Shown: piece by piece, positions 61,889 through 64,000 of the stretch
Numbering within the stretch: position 1 is the stretch's first letter
Layout of the letters: every line of letters starts with the position of its first letter
Virus record (IMG/VR): IMGVR_UViG_3300044609_000960
Location: 64,001 to 128,000 of that record
Reading direction: 5' to 3' (one strand)
Source: a virus
DNA: 64,000 nt
The notes under the pieces: generated by a model
What the model was told of the DNA's origin: nothing
The model's database searches: none
Seen by the model: only the letters and a program-made list of their open reading frames with translations
Program-made: the position numbers and the translations under genes

Positions 61889-61903
61889 TTCTGTGATAGA
61901 ATA
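61889..61903 (+). promoter_or_regulatory. Extended -10 (TGnTAGAAT) early/middle promoter
   Basis: TTCTGTGATAGAATA, near-identical to 38005-38019. Confidence 0.65.
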
Positions 61904-61961
61904 TCCAAGTGAGCAAAGAGAGATCTTTCCTCCAAGAGACCCTTACTAAGAGAATTTTAAA

Positions 61962-62894
61962 ATGTCCGCAACTTTTCAAATCACGACCATTGACCTGAGC
62001 ACAAACGCTCCTCAACTCGCTCCTCTCAGTGGCCGCGAATACACTTCTGAATATACTCAGCTCCCTAACGCCAACCTTCCTAAGGTGATGCGTAAGGAAC
62101 TCGATACTGTCTTCCAGTTCCTCACCGGCGAAGAACTCCCTCTCGATGAGAACACTTTCCTTATCAAAGCCCGTGATGGTGTGTACTTCCGTCTCTTCGG
62201 TCCCGTACTCAAAGTCGGTGCTGATGGCGTAGAAGGCACTGAAACTGGTAAACTCTACATCCAATGGGGTCCTCGTTTCTTGCCCGTTGGTATTACCAAA
62301 GGTGGATTTGTAACCGAAGATGGTCGTGAAATCGAAGCCGAATTTGGTTCTTTCAACTTCTCCGGTCGTGGTGAAGATCCTTGCCTCTTTGTTTCGGTAG
62401 ATACCAATGATGGCCAAACAGTCCTCCCTGTGGCAGTCCGCTTCAGCGACTGGGAAAATCCCACCGATCCTAAGGCCCTCAACGCTCTTCTGAAGAAGAA
62501 GCCTGAGGATGTTGTTGCTCTCCTCCAACCTGTGACTGCAAAGGGTGCTGCTTCTGGCCCTCGCATTGAAGCCGATGAAGAAATCGATTTCCGTGAGTTG
62601 GATGTAAACACCCCTTATCAGGTTGTTGGGTACTATCCCTGTAAGACTTCGTATGGCTTGACCTATCGCATCTTGATCGATAACCTCCCTGAAGAGGGCA
62701 AGGTTTCTGGCGCATGGGCCCATAGCTCCATTCGTCCTCTCTTGGCTACCAAGCCCGAGATCAACCGTGATAAGCCTGCTACTCTTACCCTGCGTAGCAA
62801 AGAAGAACTCGATTCTGGCAAGATTCGTATCCGCTCCACTCTCCTCCTTGCTCAGCAAGAGAGTTCCGAAGAAGCATTGAATTTAGATTTTTAG
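61962..62894 (+). CDS. Putative single-stranded DNA-binding / replication protein
   Basis: 310 aa, beta-rich, acidic tail ending EEALNLDF; its codon usage (C-ending, CGT) suggests high expression. Confidence 0.4.
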   Translation: MSATFQITTIDLSTNAPQLAPLSGREYTSEYTQLPNANLPKVMRKELDTVFQFLTGEELPLDENTFLIKARDGVYFRLFGPVLKVGADGVEGTETGKLYIQWGPRFLPVGITKGGFVTEDGREIEAEFGSFNFSGRGEDPCLFVSVDTNDGQTVLPVAVRFSDWENPTDPKALNALLKKKPEDVVALLQPVTAKGAASGPRIEADEEIDFRELDVNTPYQVVGYYPCKTSYGLTYRILIDNLPEEGKVSGAWAHSSIRPLLATKPEINRDKPATLTLRSKEELDSGKIRIRSTLLLAQQESSEEALNLDF

Positions 62895-62906
62895 ATTCTT
62901 TAAGTC

Positions 62907-62935
62907 TTGACTTCTAAGTTTAAAGGTCCTATAAT
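62907..62935 (+). promoter_or_regulatory. Sigma70-type promoter TTGACT-N17-TATAAT with a nested GTTTAAAG (62918-62925)
   Basis: Near-consensus -35/-10 with a 17-nt spacer directly upstream of the endonuclease gene. Confidence 0.75.
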
Positions 62936-62947
62936 GGGCCTTTTTTT
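62922..62947 (+). terminator. Intrinsic terminator-like hairpin after the SSB-like gene
   Basis: AAAGGTCC-TATAAT-GGGCCTTT followed by a T-run (GGGCC then T7). Confidence 0.6.
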
Positions 62948-63676
62948 ATGTCTAAAAATCACTACGTATATTACTCTTATGAAGAGTGGGGTCGTGGATA
63001 TATAGGAGTCCGTAGTACTAAATTAGATCCATGGAAAGATCCATATATGGGAAGCTTTAAAGATAGATCATTTAAACCGACTCGTAAAGAAATTATTGCA
63101 ATTTTTAGATCTAGGAAAGAAGCATTAGAAGCTGAAATTATTTTACATGATTTTTATAAAGTACATTTAAATTCTCATTTTGCAAATAAAGCAAAACAAA
63201 CATCAACGGGATTTAGTCAAGAAGGAATTAAAGGCAGAAAATGGTGGAATAATGGAAAACAAAGAAAACTTTGCGAACAATGTCCTGGACCAGAATATGA
63301 ACGTGGAAATCTTTTACCTGGTCAAAAGGGAAGTTTTTATGGAAAGACCTTATCTATAAAGGCACGTCAAAAATTAAGTGAATATGCAAAAAATCGTATA
63401 GGGAAAAAATCACCAATGTATGGTAAAACGCATTCAAAAGATGCAAGAAGAAAAATAAGCGAATTCAGAAAGACTTGTATAGGTGAAAAAAATCATATGT
63501 TTGGTAAAAGAGGAGAAAATAGTCCTATCTTTGGCATTACAAGGAATGAAGAAACTCGGAAGAAAATAAGTGAATATGCTAAAAAATGCCGATGGTGGAC
63601 TGATGGAGTCTCTCTTAAAAGATGCCCAGATCAACCCGGTCCAGAATGGAAACCAGGGCGGATTAAAAAGATATAA
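62948..63676 (+). mobile_element. Free-standing GIY-YIG (Seg-like) homing endonuclease with NUMOD3 repeats
   Basis: HYVYYSYEEWGRGYIGVR...YMGS...EALEAE...FAN; three GKTHSxxARxKISE-like repeats; two WWxxG...CPxxPGPE-like repeats; AT-rich. Confidence 0.88.
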
Positions 63677-63684
63677 GTTTAAAG
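63677..63684 (+). promoter_or_regulatory. Putative late promoter GTTTAAAG
   Basis: Exact motif right after the TAA, 22 nt before ATG 63707. Confidence 0.75.
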
Positions 63685-63706
63685 ACATATTACTGTTAGA
63701 ATTATT

Positions 63707-64000
63707 ATGGAGAACGATTTAAGAGTCCCTGAGGGTTGGGGTGTTGCAGAATACGCCGAACCTGGTAAGGACACTGGTAAACAATCTAAGAACCTAGAGT
63801 TAATTGCACCTGGTCCTCAGAGTGGTGAAGATGATTATCATTCTCAATATGTAGACCCAGAAGGTAAGTTTGGTGCTGCGAAGACAGAACGTGGGTCCTC
63901 AGAGCATTGTTCATATGGCGGAGAAGAATCCTCCCAAGAAGAACCAAAAGGCTCCCAGCCCTATGATGTTGGTCAACTCCACCTCGAAGATAAAGAAGTA
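63707..64000 (+). CDS. Hypothetical acidic protein, 3'-partial
   Basis: MENDLRVPEGWGVAEYAEPGK... is open to the window end; not in the ORF track. Confidence 0.7.
   Translation, partial: MENDLRVPEGWGVAEYAEPGKDTGKQSKNLELIAPGPQSGEDDYHSQYVDPEGKFGAAKTERGSSEHCSYGGEESSQEEPKGSQPYDVGQLHLEDKEV

Noticed and set aside
61767-62858. 363-aa minus-strand ORF
   Set aside because: Antisense shadow of the codon-biased plus-strand gene; no motif, promoter or operon context.
1-64000. tRNA/rRNA genes, introns, inteins, integrase or transposase
   Set aside because: Intergenic gaps are very short with no cloverleaf seen; terL and phoH appear uninterrupted. Checked by eye only.

Overview
This is a 64-kb, AT-rich, gene-dense segment of a large contractile-tailed dsDNA phage, very probably a cyanophage (it carries a cyanobacterial Mo-nitrogenase C-terminal domain gene, a SigF/SigB-type sigma factor, phoH, and cyanophage-type fibre and LamG genes). 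It encodes three long tail fibres with downstream tip/chaperone genes, an accessory structural cluster (beta-helix, two RYQPG paralogues, LRR, PA14), a P2/Mu-style baseplate set (gpD-like hub with muralytic domains, gpV-, gpI-, gpJ- and gpX-like), terminase large subunit, thioredoxin, a dNMP-kinase-like protein, a putative SSB and a GIY-YIG homing endonuclease. Four signals stand out. (1) A transcription cascade can be read from the sequence: host-type extended -10 promoters precede the kinase, the SSB-like gene and the trx-sigma operon, while about 16 copies of a non-T4 motif, GTTTAAAG, precede the structural genes and fit a phage sigma with a degenerate region 4. (2) A 2074-aa tail fibre is built as a repeat-spacer cassette array, with 13 conserved RAPIFYDSNDTGYYxDP joints separating unrelated modules. 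(3) An attenuator-like structured leader precedes phoH. (4) A circularly permuted M23 peptidase is inserted in the baseplate hub. All family assignments come from motif recognition by eye; no searches were run.
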